Shown piece by piece: positions 19,801-31,103 of a DNA stretch of 55,680 bases; position 1 is the stretch's first letter; every line of letters starts with the position of its first letter. The notes beneath the pieces are model-generated. The model saw only the letters and a program-made list of their open reading frames with translations, made no database searches and was not told the DNA's origin. The position numbers and the translations under genes were made by a program. Source of the DNA: Neophaeotheca triangularis (lineage: Eukaryota); assembly GCA_054600435.1 (NCBI GenBank), contig BAAIJX010000087.1, positions 1 through 55,680 of the forward strand, given 5' to 3'.

Positions 19801-22296
19801 AAAAAGGTTCAGGACTTCTTGCAAAGAGCGCCGAGCTCCCTGTGGGAGCTTGCCGTCCGCAGCATACAAGATGGCATCGCTGTTTGGCTTGCCGATGCCG
19901 GAGTCAAGACAGGGCCGAATCACAACTACGCTGGTGTTGCGGATGCCGTAAGTCATCCTTGTGATGAGATTATTGTGCAACTGGATGCTAACAAATCACA
20001 GATCGAAGCTCTTTACACCGAAGTTCTTACCGGACTTCTCAACTGCTCCGAAGCAAACCTGACACTAGCACAGACAATGGAGCGTTTGTTGGTGGCAGGC
20101 CTGTCGAGCCCTCACAGAAGCATCGTCAGTGCGACCATTGTCTACTGGAACCAGACCTTTGGCACGTTAGAGGATCTTGAGTATCCGCCTCAGCTTGAAG
20201 CCGTCCTGCGCGCCCGTGGGATGGAGGCCGAGATCAGCCTGCCCGGCTTGTCAGATGAGCCTGGGCACGTCGGACCTGCGAGCCTGCCGCCTTTCTTCGA
20301 GTCTACCCTCGAGGAGCCGAAAGGCCTCAAACCACCGAAGCTTACAGCCGCTCCGCCGAGGGCTACGCAAAGCGCGTACTTCACAGCTGGAAAATCACCA
20401 CGACCTCAAAGCTCTGGTGTCGCATCCGCTGCTCCGTCCGAAGCCAATCGCCAACCAGGATCCGCCTCAGCCAAGACAAAACTTAGACACGAGGACTCGC
20501 AGATCGACTTTGCGCCCATTGAGTCTACGCCAATGCTTCATACGGAAGAATCTCAGCATCTGACCGAGCACCAACAAGAGGTTATGATGCAGCAACGTCA
20601 AGATGCTCTGATATTCCCAGACCTCTCTTCAAGTCCGATGGCCCATTCGACTGCCTTGCCGAAGCAGGTACCAAGACGCCTTGATTTCTCCTCCAGCGCA
20701 GTTGACAAGACACACGGAAGCCACCAACAGCGCGAGCAAACTCCGACTGGGACACCAGATGCTGCTTCTCACATGAACGACTACATGGGATCTTCGCCCA
20801 CGCCGAAGGCTTCTGAGAAGGCAGCTCCCGGAGTACAGGCAACGGAGGAGCAGCCCGCCGAGGAGGAAGTGGAAGCCCCACAAGACCCGCCTTCGTCGCC
20901 GCCTAGGGAAGACGGAGGATTGCCCACGTTCGAGCACGCCCAACACCAGGCAGATGAAGGCGACACCACATTGTCAGTGACATGGGAGCCCACCGTTGCT
21001 AGCACGGCCCTTCAGCCCGGCCAGCCGGCCAAGAACCAAGAGGCTGAGGAGGAAGTCACGCTGCAGGACGGCGAGCTTCCCTCCGACTGCGGACTCCCCA
21101 ACGAACAACTGCACCAAGAGGAGACTATTGCGCAAGAACGTATGCAGGGCGACGAGCACGAACGGCCTGATCAAGCCCCCGCAGCTACTGGAGCAAACGT
21201 CGGCAACATTCAGGGCGACCACGATGTAGATGCTACGGAATACCCCTCAAATCCTTCATCACCGGAGAAAGAACACGAGGCTCCAGGCGAGAACCGCTCA
21301 GAACGCAGTTTCGCCGAGTCTACAGAGGAGGACGATGTCAGCAGGGTCGAGAACTCTTTTTCTGCTCCTCAGCCAGACATGGAGAACGTTTCTCCGGCTA
21401 CAAGTCGACGGTCGAGGCGAACGAACGGCAAGCGAAAGCGAGAAAGCGCAAGCACAACCCCCAGAAAGAGGAAGGATGTCTCACCTTACAAGAAACCCTT
21501 CACCTACCTGTCCAGCTTTTTCCGCAAAAGTCAACAAGCCGAGGACGACGACGACATTGGTGATGAGATCGTTGTCGCCAGCAGCCAGCCTTCTGAGTCG
21601 CCCGCCAGCAAACGAGAAGCCGCGTCGCCTTCCAAAGAAGTGGATGTTCCAGGTACTGTAGATGAAGAGCCATCACAAGAGTTCGCCAGCTCGCAACAAG
21701 ACGCCAGCGCCTCGATGCCTCCACCGAAGCGCGGACGCGGTCGACCGCGCAAATCAGCAACACCCACCAGTCAGCCAAGCCAATCTGCAGATGGCAAGCT
21801 CAAACGCACAGCGTCCGCCCTCAGCAACTCCACCACCCATTCTTGCGACGAGAGCGAGACCAGTTTCGTGAAGGATACTCCCGCGCCCGTGCCCCGGAAG
21901 ATGCGCAAGCGCGAAGGCTCGGGCAGCAAGCTCGTGCGCGAGTCGCAAGAAGCGGAAGCCGAAGCCTCACAAAACCCTCCGTCCCGTTCAGGTAGCAGGA
22001 GCTCCCAGCGACGATCCCCCACAGTCATGGTGCCAAGGCGGGCATCTGCCATATCTCAAAATTCTCGTGTCGACGAGGACGACGCGCCGGGTACTCCCGC
22101 GAGACATGCCTCCGCCGAACAGCTTGCTGAGCGCGCTATTGCTACCCCTAGGAGTATTTTGGCACGGCTAAGGGGCGTGTTGGCAGATTGCGGGAAGATG
22201 ATTTTGGGTTCACAAGAGGAGAGGGAGTTTGATGATGCACTTTTCGAGTTGAGGAGGGAGGTGCATGATGCTGCCCGGAGAGGGAGGGAGACTTGA
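16870..22296 (+). CDS. RIF1: Rap1-interacting factor 1 (telomere length and replication timing regulator). Exons 16870-19947, 20002-22296
   Basis: N-terminal RPPTPPR and PP1-docking motifs KKVDF (RVxF) and KSILK (SILK), then a long HEAT-like Rif1_N region (RLDAYLAINGALKAY) and a disordered C-terminus with an AT-hook (KRGRGRPRK). There is a 54-nt in-frame intron at 19948-20001 (GTAAGT...GCTAAC...CAG). Confidence 0.88.
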   Translation: MGPPSALEKLPERPPTPPRDTTKDVEDALDFLEDSNEIDRAIKSKATAPAPVSATGSHTPARASPVVSLQEPAPTNSAATKKVDFSPWTEVYRDPPHLGQHQTPTRRGIKPLKSILKLSTLPPPLTPDGAEKGLSYFSPKEPGSFEKMLKSVLQQLASTSVSARLDAYLAINGALKAYDNLPEPKAFEQNMDQIMRFVMRDVVWKDESGKLDTNIVTQSLKLACAIACDEKHSKAINDEFRAFLVDKAIVAMEGTDVSKAIVKTQMFLVAQQRFSASVWTPSRAERCITALNTIDSKVNGNNVIATRLVIYQRLLSQARQVMLNRIRDWLDHIFHAMLSSVKEVRVRAIETGRKAALDLGTHYAASKSLSDMMSTQVEEGQSYCDYLSLRLQQMIDDKEMNIYVPQIWAATILFFRNKKVPLEFWPGFKTWLKIMSKCLNRKEERFMRYSMLGWNKLIYVVQPDKSTIENMSGLIATPTAQMLQNSCRDLKSKKLRPIILEGYYNLLHYALRPGLEFESLDKAWDRYVEPALLGLAKLGSAGRSSVCRILHGLLIANDGVWNSDAALKDTMPENTGDGDMSAENALFRPDELPMLPVKWVRTRLAKIFKIVEPCLQSSFWKPVDACADTDAAWQALMQAISEAGRQEVKTSQELKEAIALLVKMFRSLWTSPRPKPDEADDSDFVRRVGGLFDTTVDALGASVFTEDILARTRQDDIEAAPTPSHRSSKHHVSLQSPLVFLLGLLLQPTFKPCEQYYEIVYKLLAKMCGSKTSEAAKVELLRRCWQSVSKTYGDKVPPTMLSAIWQQVARCSTYVLRPVAEGPVATHGLHGLKSEIDNLLTIINDGLKYTESDMAALDPFLALYTATAALAQNEAGNGALVYAVAEPFAKTFRTKGTAVVQTSTMQVAQRVLETAPWVPSKQALEQGRRALLGVSLPPNKAPYNPFENVFAMITDLLVRTYSGSLEVRALHEVVNFVKKVQDFLQRAPSSLWELAVRSIQDGIAVWLADAGVKTGPNHNYAGVADAVSHPCDEIIVQLDANKSQIEALYTEVLTGLLNCSEANLTLAQTMERLLVAGLSSPHRSIVSATIVYWNQTFGTLEDLEYPPQLEAVLRARGMEAEISLPGLSDEPGHVGPASLPPFFESTLEEPKGLKPPKLTAAPPRATQSAYFTAGKSPRPQSSGVASAAPSEANRQPGSASAKTKLRHEDSQIDFAPIESTPMLHTEESQHLTEHQQEVMMQQRQDALIFPDLSSSPMAHSTALPKQVPRRLDFSSSAVDKTHGSHQQREQTPTGTPDAASHMNDYMGSSPTPKASEKAAPGVQATEEQPAEEEVEAPQDPPSSPPREDGGLPTFEHAQHQADEGDTTLSVTWEPTVASTALQPGQPAKNQEAEEEVTLQDGELPSDCGLPNEQLHQEETIAQERMQGDEHERPDQAPAATGANVGNIQGDHDVDATEYPSNPSSPEKEHEAPGENRSERSFAESTEEDDVSRVENSFSAPQPDMENVSPATSRRSRRTNGKRKRESASTTPRKRKDVSPYKKPFTYLSSFFRKSQQAEDDDDIGDEIVVASSQPSESPASKREAASPSKEVDVPGTVDEEPSQEFASSQQDASASMPPPKRGRGRPRKSATPTSQPSQSADGKLKRTASALSNSTTHSCDESETSFVKDTPAPVPRKMRKREGSGSKLVRESQEAEAEASQNPPSRSGSRSSQRRSPTVMVPRRASAISQNSRVDEDDAPGTPARHASAEQLAERAIATPRSILARLRGVLADCGKMILGSQEEREFDDALFELRREVHDAARRGRET

Positions 22297-22565
22297 GCTG
22301 GGACAATGGTTGGTATGAGAGGTTTTTGATTGGAGGATGTTCTTGTGTGATGTGTGACTAGATGAAAACTGAATGGATGGATGACAATAGCGTTCAAAGC
22401 GATACTTTGCGACACAACCTCGGTGATGCTTGACTTGCACGACCTCGCGATGGTGAATAATTCAACCAGCTTGATGTAACTTTCGTGTCGCCTATCTTGT
22501 AGGTATATCCCAAGTGACGGTCGATGTCACCTTGCAGCAGATGGATCCGTCTCAGGGGTTGTTGA

Positions 22566-23853
<1,288 letters not shown>

Positions 23854-24489
23854 GGCTTTGACGCCGGCTCGGTCTGGATGACATGACGACTTGATGAATT
23901 GAGACGAGGTTCATGAGCGGCTAGGGGGCGAGTTTCGGGCAAAAAGCATGGATAGCGTTATGCCGGCATCTCAGCGGGTAGGTAGAATATCCTTTCGGTA
24001 AGGTTGATGTCCTGCCAAATTCCAGCTCCTGTGAGTCGGTATGTATTGAGACACCGAGTGCTCAGAAGCTAAGGTCCAGTACCAGCGGCTTGGTAGAAGC
24101 GTGCATCGTGCCTTCATGCTGAAGATGGAGCTTCCAATACCTACTCGCCTTGCACTCTTTCATTCGGCATTTTCATACACCACTCTGTAACGGGCCACCA
24201 CTACGACAACTTCACTATACAGCTAGGTATTGCCACTTTACCGTCCTTCCTGTAATGAAGTGAAGCCTGCCTCCGAATTTCACCCATACATAGTAGGCCC
24301 ACCTGTAGCACGACCTTTGGGTTCGAACTCAAGCGAATATGGAAGTGGCACCCGTCAAGAATGTCAAGTAGGTCACCTCCGCTACTATACCCGTGCATCA
24401 TCAGCTCACCTAGCTGTCTAGCCAGTCGTTCGCGCTCCCTCACCGAGATTGACTCCACCGGGCTCACTTTCAACTTCAGAGCTGCCGAA

Positions 24490-25141
24490 ATGGCGAAGGA
24501 GTAAGCTAGAAGTTAATGCCCGGATCTGGTGTACACCGCTAACTGCTCTTCGAGGCAACCAGTATCAGACTTCTGCGAGAGCATAGTTGTACTTGTCGGC
24601 ACAGAAGCTGCTTCCTTTTCCGTTCATAAGGCCATATTCTGTGATCGATATGTCTTCTTTTGCGCCGATACCTACCGCTATGAAAGTACGACGCGTGCCC
24701 TGAGGAGGTCGCGGGACCTGCCCAGCGAGGACGAGGATGATGACGAGGATGATGACAAGGATGATTGAGCGAGCTGGGTTGCGGGTAGTAGCAGATAGCG
24801 ACCTACTAAGCAAAGTGGTTTCGATGGAAATGACGAGGGGGCGGCAGATCGAGTGGCGTTTCCCCACGACACCGATGGCAGTCAGGATACGCGCCTGAGC
24901 TCGTTTGGAGGACGCCCTTCGCTACTCGCCTGGTACTGTGTCTGCAGCTTTCTCTAGAGCAAAAGGTTGGAAAAGCTCCCCGAGCGATATTTGGAAAGTA
25001 GTTTTGGGAGAAGTGCAAGTGGGGAGAGAGGGGTCACAATGGCTTGTGTGTGTTCTCACGAGTGTTTTCGAACAGCAAATCTCTGCATGCATGCAACTGA
25101 AAGGCCCGGCAGCGGCAGCAGCGACAACAGAACCACACTGA
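24490..25141 (+). pseudogene. Degenerate BTB/POZ-domain gene remnant
   Basis: IVVLVGTEAASFSVHKAIFCDRYVFFCA matches the fungal BTB N-terminal pattern (V-x-VG...F-x-VHK...C...FF-x-A). The BTB core is missing, and stops and frameshifts follow (TGA at 24766-24768, then WVAG-like and WRFP-like fragments in other frames). Confidence 0.55.
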
Positions 25142-25285
25142 ACGGATCATGCTACGGAACGTGAGCGGGTTCCCAAGTCTCAAGAAGACAAAATCGTGTA
25201 TCGTGATACATAACCATAACCGTAACCGTGACCATTAAGCCCCTACCCTCTCAAACCCACGGCCAGCGCAGGCACCCCACACCGG

Positions 25286-26284
25286 TTAATTCCTATACTC
25301 CCTATGCTCTCTCCTCCGCCCCCTCCGCCTCGAATCCTCCTCACTACTCCCTTCACTATATCCCCTATCTCTGGCTCGCGAACTATACCCTTTCCCCCCT
25401 GACGACCCAGAACCCTCATACCTCTTCTCCCGACTCCTGCCGACCTCATGCCCGCCCAAACCGCCTAGTATCGCGCCGCCTATCGTGCCCAGCCCGGGGA
25501 AAATCGCATCCCCGATTAGAGCGCCACCGCCCGCTCCGAGGAAAGTGTTGACGCCACTACTCTTTTTGCGCTCGGGCTGTTGTTGTTGGTGTTGTTGCTG
25601 CTGCTGCGAGCGGTGGGAGTGGTGGCGGCGGTTTCGCGGGCGGGAGCGAGATCGGGATCGGGATCGTGAAGGGCTGTATGTTCGGTTGTGAGCGGGGTCG
25701 GCGAAGGTGACTTGGCTTTGGGAGGGGCGGTAGAGGGGTTGTGATGCCCGGCGGGAGCTGGGTTTGAGGTGGGGCGGTCTGAGGTTGGTGTTGCCTGGGT
25801 ATTGTTGTTGTTGTTGTTGATGGGCTTGTTGTTGCTGTTGCTGTTCGGCGGCTTGTTGGGCGGCGTAGCGTTGGACGTAGTCCTGGGGTGGGGGTTGAGA
25901 GGCGTAGCGCTGGGGCTGGGTTGGCAGGGGTTGTTTTTCTGGGGGGTATTGCCAGGCTTGTTGTTGGGAGTGTTGCTGGGCATTCACTTCCGGGTACTGC
26001 CAGCCGTGCTGCTGCTGCTGCTGTTGTTGTGGTTGTTGCTGTGGATTCGGTCGGTACGGATCATTGCTGTAGCCAGGTTGAGTAGGACGATCCTGGGACG
26101 GCCTCGGCGGCTGCGAGTGTGGTCTCTCCTCGCCGTAAGAGCTGTATGGTGGCGGAGCATCAGATAGCGGGTAAGGGAGGAGGTTTGCTGCTGTCTGTTG
26201 CTGTTGTGGAAGATGATGCTGCTGCTGCTGCTGCGGAGGCGGCGGCGGATGGCTGCTGCCAAAGTAGTACTCATGCGCGGCCAT
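25286..26284 (-). CDS. Q/P-rich low-complexity protein with a C-terminal glycine-zipper motif
   Basis: 332-aa ATG ORF with poly-Q tracts, a PPPY motif, an SR-repeat, and NTFLGAGGGALIGDAIFPGLGTIGGAILGGLGGHE (GxxxG repeats). Confidence 0.8.
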   Translation of the reverse strand: MAAHEYYFGSSHPPPPPQQQQQHHLPQQQQTAANLLPYPLSDAPPPYSSYGEERPHSQPPRPSQDRPTQPGYSNDPYRPNPQQQPQQQQQQQHGWQYPEVNAQQHSQQQAWQYPPEKQPLPTQPQRYASQPPPQDYVQRYAAQQAAEQQQQQQAHQQQQQQYPGNTNLRPPHLKPSSRRASQPLYRPSQSQVTFADPAHNRTYSPSRSRSRSRSRPRNRRHHSHRSQQQQQHQQQQPERKKSSGVNTFLGAGGGALIGDAIFPGLGTIGGAILGGLGGHEVGRSREKRYEGSGSSGGKGYSSRARDRGYSEGSSEEDSRRRGRRREHREYRN

Positions 26285-28485
26285 AGTTGCTGCGCCTCTT
26301 GAGTGAGTTTGCTCGATGACTTGGTCGAGTGGCGGATGAGTTGATCTTTGCCGAGCGTGGACAGGAGGAGTTGAATGAGGCTATGAAACAGCTGGAATGC
26401 TCAAACCTGTTGTTGACTATTGGAGGATGAAGAGTAGCGAAGACCTTGTGGTGATCTGTTTTGGTTACGGGTACAAGTATGTGGCTTTGCAGTAGTACGA
26501 GGTAGTCAGCCGACCGGTATCGATGCCGGTGTCTAGAATAGTGACACAATAACGCAAGGCAAAAGTGGTTCGTTAATATAAACCGGCCTCGTGATCTCGA
26601 GGCGGCGCCGAGTGAAGAAGCTGGGCTAACGTTATTATGCTATGTTTACTGACGAATCGTCGTGTAAGCATGAGATGCATCAAGGTGGCGTCGTTCGGAT
26701 GTAGTTGCGCCGACTGTATGTATGCCTGAGGCTTCTCGACCTACACATCATCCCGAGTGCATGCCGAGTAGATGCCGAGTGGTAAGCCGTCGGTGCTGTT
26801 GTCAAAAAAGGTGACAGCGACACGAGATTTTTGATCCAAGTCAATAATTAAAGCTGAACGGACGGACTGCGCAATACTGCGGTTGTTTGCCGCTGCAGTC
26901 CATTAAGGAAGCCGATTGTAAGATGGATCATTCCGCGTTACCGAATGAGCCAATTTTGTCGCTCTTTCTCTCCTGGGCTCTCAACGCCAGCTCTGGTGCT
27001 CTGTCACCCAGCCTCGGAGGAATGATGATACTCGCCCCGAGGCCGGGATTCAACATGACAACCAAAGCAGAAGCATGTAAAACGCCCGGGATGAAATGTT
27101 CAGTATGGAAGCGAAGATGACATGCACCGGTGAGAATCGGTCGACTCAGAAGACGCGAGGGAAAGGCTGCGAGAAATCCTTGGGAGAGTAATGTGAATCC
27201 TTCGAAAAAAGAGTAGAAGGGGTTGAGAACTAAGTCGCTGCTTATGTATCGATCGGTCGCAGCCACGATAGCAATCGTGGAGCTCTCGAGTCTCGCCTGA
27301 TACCAAGACATTCTGGGTGTATGTATGTTCGAGTCCCGCCAGTAGGCGAAGCGCCAAAGACATTATTGGCGACAGTGCGCTTCAACCAGACGTGTCGCGC
27401 TCAGCACTCGCTCGGGAGCTGTGCGAGAAAACCTCGGAGCCTAGTTGACGAAAATTCGTTGCTACGACGCGGAAGCTCGCGGCTTGAGTGCAGAGAAAAG
27501 ATGAAGTTGCCGGAGGGATACCACGGATACCTCGCAAAGCTCCCGAGCCTCGCAAGCTGAGCACTAACGTGGCTTGGTTCCCATTTGCATGTCTTACTGC
27601 GTGCGGGATGGCTTCGTTCGTTTGCTGGCGAGGCTGTGTGCATAGTGGCATCTCTACAGCTGTACTAAATCGAGTCTAACAAACAAACGCGATCGCTCCG
27701 TTTCATCTGGCAACGACGATCGTCTAACAACCAGTTGAACATCCGGTTCAAAGTTGCCTCGAGGTAACATAGTAGTCGGCTTGAGATGCCGAGAAAGCGC
27801 GGTCTTAAGTGAGTTTCAGTTAGAAGGGCAAACCTAAGAGGGAGTGGCGCCGTCTTGGCGTCTGTGGGTTCGAGTCGGGTGTTTGTATACCAACGTCACA
27901 TGTTCATATCTGACTGTGCTCCAAGGTTGACACGGTGGACTCTGATATGGGATCCTCTCCATCCGTGAGGCAGCCTATAGAGGCCGTAGAAACATGGATG
28001 TGTTTATGCAAGTAAGAAATACGAAAATACACGCTGAACTACCTGTACCTTTGGGGGGGGGCGGGGGGGGGGCAGTGCGGAGGATCGGCTTGAGGAGATG
28101 CCCGCGATTTTAAGGTACATAAGGTTGGCTCACCTTAGGCTTCCCGTCCCACGCAGAAGGATCAGCCCGAGCAACAATCAGATTCGACGTCACTACATAG
28201 TACTACTGCAGGTGCATCTCGGACTGCGCGCATTGCGGCCGCGGCCTTTGTTTTGTCAGCCTTCAAGCTTCATGACAGGCCTTGCAAGCAATTCATCACT
28301 ACTTACTACTGCGCACTTAACTTATTCCGAGCCTGGCGACCGCTCGCTGTGTTCGCTTCCTTCGTGATATCGCGAGCGCTCTTGGACGTTGTTTACCTAT
28401 ATTTTCACTCTCTACCCGTCCTGTTCTCACTCCTTTCGGGACCACATCTGCTTTTCCCTTTACTGCCTTTCTTTCACACTCCAAC

Positions 28486-30567
28486 ATGAAGTCTCAGTCA
28501 CTTTTTAGTGGCGCATCTTGCGCTGCGCTATTCTCTTTTGCCACTGGTGAGCTTCTGCCTGTTCGACGTAACGCTTCGAAAATGTGCTGACGGCGCATAG
28601 GACGAGTAGTCACACCCGGGGAGCCTGCCCTTGAGGATATCCGTGCTGGCATCGTGAAGTGGCAGCCCACCGAGCTGACAGAGCGCGCTCTGCCCGCCAA
28701 TGCGCCGTATGGCTACGTCCCACAGACCAACGACTGCCCTTCCGACTCGCCATCCATTCGGCAAGGCGGAGGAAGGTCGGACCAGGAAGCGGATTGGTTG
28801 GAGATGAGGAGGAATAACACGATCGAGCCGATGATAGACCTGCTCGGCCGCATGAACATCGATGGGCTTGATACCGAGGAGTACATCAACAACCACCGGG
28901 ATAACGCCAGCGCCTTGCCGAATATCGCAATTGCGGTTTCCGGTGGCGGATACAGGGCGATGATGAACGGCGCAGGCGTAGTTGAGGCATTCGACAGTCG
29001 CACAGACAACTCTACTAGCTCCGGGCAGCTTGGAGGGCTCTTGCAATCATCTACCTACCTTGCCGGGCTGTCAGGCGGCGGCTGGCTGGTGGGCAGCCTA
29101 TACACCAACAACTTCACCTCGATCCAGAGCATCCTCGCCGAGAACTTCAATGCGGAGGATTCCGACCAAGATTCCGGGTCTCTCTGGAAGTTTGGTAACA
29201 GCATTTTCGAGGGCCCGGACCAAGGAGGCATCCAACTTTTCGATAGCATCGGCTACTACAGGAGCATTGTCAGCTCGGTCGGGGACAAGAGCGACGCGGA
29301 CTTCAATACTACAATCACTGATTATTGGGGGCGCGCGTTGTCGTATCAGCTCGTCAATGCTACGAATGGTGGGCCGGAATTTACCTTCTCTTCAATCGCG
29401 GAGCAGGACTGGTTCAGCGATGCTGAGGCTCCTCTCCCATTTCTTGTCGCCGACGGCCGTGCACCTGGAGAGACATTGATCCCCTCGAACACGACAGTCT
29501 ATACCTTCTCGCCTTGGGAGCTAGGATCAGACGACCCAACCGTGTTTGGCTGGGCACCCCTCCAGTACGTCGGCACCAATTACACCGAAGGCGAACCTAG
29601 GGACGACAACGAGTGCGTGACAGGCTTCGACAACGTGGGCTTTGTAATGGGCACCTCTTCGTCCCTGTTCAACCAGTTCCTCCTTCGAATTAACGAGTCT
29701 GACGCTGCCGGCGTGGCAGCTGAAGTACTTCAAAGCGCCATTGAAAGAGTTCTAGTTGGGGTCGCTCGCGACGATAACGACATCGCAGACTATCCCAACC
29801 CCTTCTACCACTACAACAACGACACGAACCTGAACGCGGAAAGCATACAATTAACCCTCGTCGACGGCGGCGAAGACGGGCAAAACATCCCACTAAACCC
29901 GCTCATTCAACCCCACCGCGAAGTCGACGTCATCTTCGCCGTAGACAGCTCCGCCGACACCGACAACAACTGGCCCGACGGCTCTGCCTTAATATCCACC
30001 TACCGCCGCTCCGAAACCGACATCCAAAACGGCACCTCCTTCCCCATTGTTCCGGGCCAAAACACCTTCATCAACCTCGGCCTGAACAACCAACCCACCT
30101 TCTTCGGCTGCGACGCTTCCAACGCCACCAACAACGGCGGCGACCGTCCCGCACCCCTGATCGTCTACCTCCCCAACGGCCCCTACAGTTTCGAGTCCAA
30201 CTTCTCGACTTTCAACCCCAGCTACAACGACTCCACCCGCAACGCCGCCATCAACAACGGCTACAACCTCGCAACCCAAGGCAATGGCACGCTGGACGAG
30301 GACTGGCCGGCTTGCGTCGGGTGCGCGATCCTCAGCCGCAGTTTGGAGCGCACGGGCACCGACGTGCCCGAGGTCTGCGAGCAGTGCTTTGAGAGGTATT
30401 GCTGGGATGGGACGACGAACGAGAGCGACCCGGACGCTTATGAGCCCGAGCTCAAGCTGAATGAGGTTGATGTCTCCGAGGACGATGACTCTGGCGCTGC
30501 AAGGGCGGGCGTTGCTGGGGGTTTGGCGGTTGCTGTGGCCGCGGTCCTAGGTGCCGTGTTGTTGTGA
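28486..30567 (+). CDS. PLB1: Lysophospholipase / phospholipase B, secreted and GPI-anchored. Exons 28486-28546, 28601-30567
   Basis: Signal peptide MKSQSLFSGASCAALFSFATG, catalytic motifs SGGGYRA, GLSGG and VDGGED, many NxS/T sequons, and a C-terminal SG-AA followed by a hydrophobic tail (GPI signal). Intron 28547-28600. Confidence 0.95.
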
Positions 30568-31103
30568 TCGTCCAGCTTTCTTTTTCTTTTCTTTTTTTCT
30601 TTGGTTTACGAGGCTTTTGTTGGGTCCACAGATACCAAAAGAGTAGGCGGCTTAGTGCTGCTGAGGATAAGGCTGGGTTCTTTTTTGCATACTATTGGCG
30701 TTGTATATCCCGGGTGGCAGACTATCATGAGAGTTTTCGATGATATGACTGATGGCTTTTTTAACAAAATAATGCAAGTTTTGTTGACTTGGTCTGTTCC
30801 TGGTTTATTCGCTAGCAATTACCACCCACAACGTCTCTGCTCCTTCGCTCCCGAAAGGCTGGCTATGCGTTTAGTGCCTGGACATGGACGGAGGTAAAAT
30901 AGAACTGTCATGGCGCCGGGGACAAGATCGAGTGTGGTCTAAGAGGGCTACAGAGTCTCCCCGCGTGCTCTCTCGCAAAAAGAGAAGCGTAGTCAAGGGA
31001 GAAGGTAAGCGAAATCCCTAGCAGTACAGACTTGAATGCCCGCCGTCGTACTGTCATTACACATTGCACATCTACCTAAACTCGGCGAAAGATCCACCTG
31101 GTG

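Noticed and set aside
26880..27680. Cluster of short ORFs in the long intergenic region
   Set aside because: No recognisable domain, transposon motif or consistent splice pattern. A decayed gene cannot be excluded without a search.
27320..27885. Two GTTCGAGTC T-loop/B-box-like motifs (~27327, ~27868)
   Set aside because: The flanks do not form a T-stem or cloverleaf, so these are not tRNA genes.
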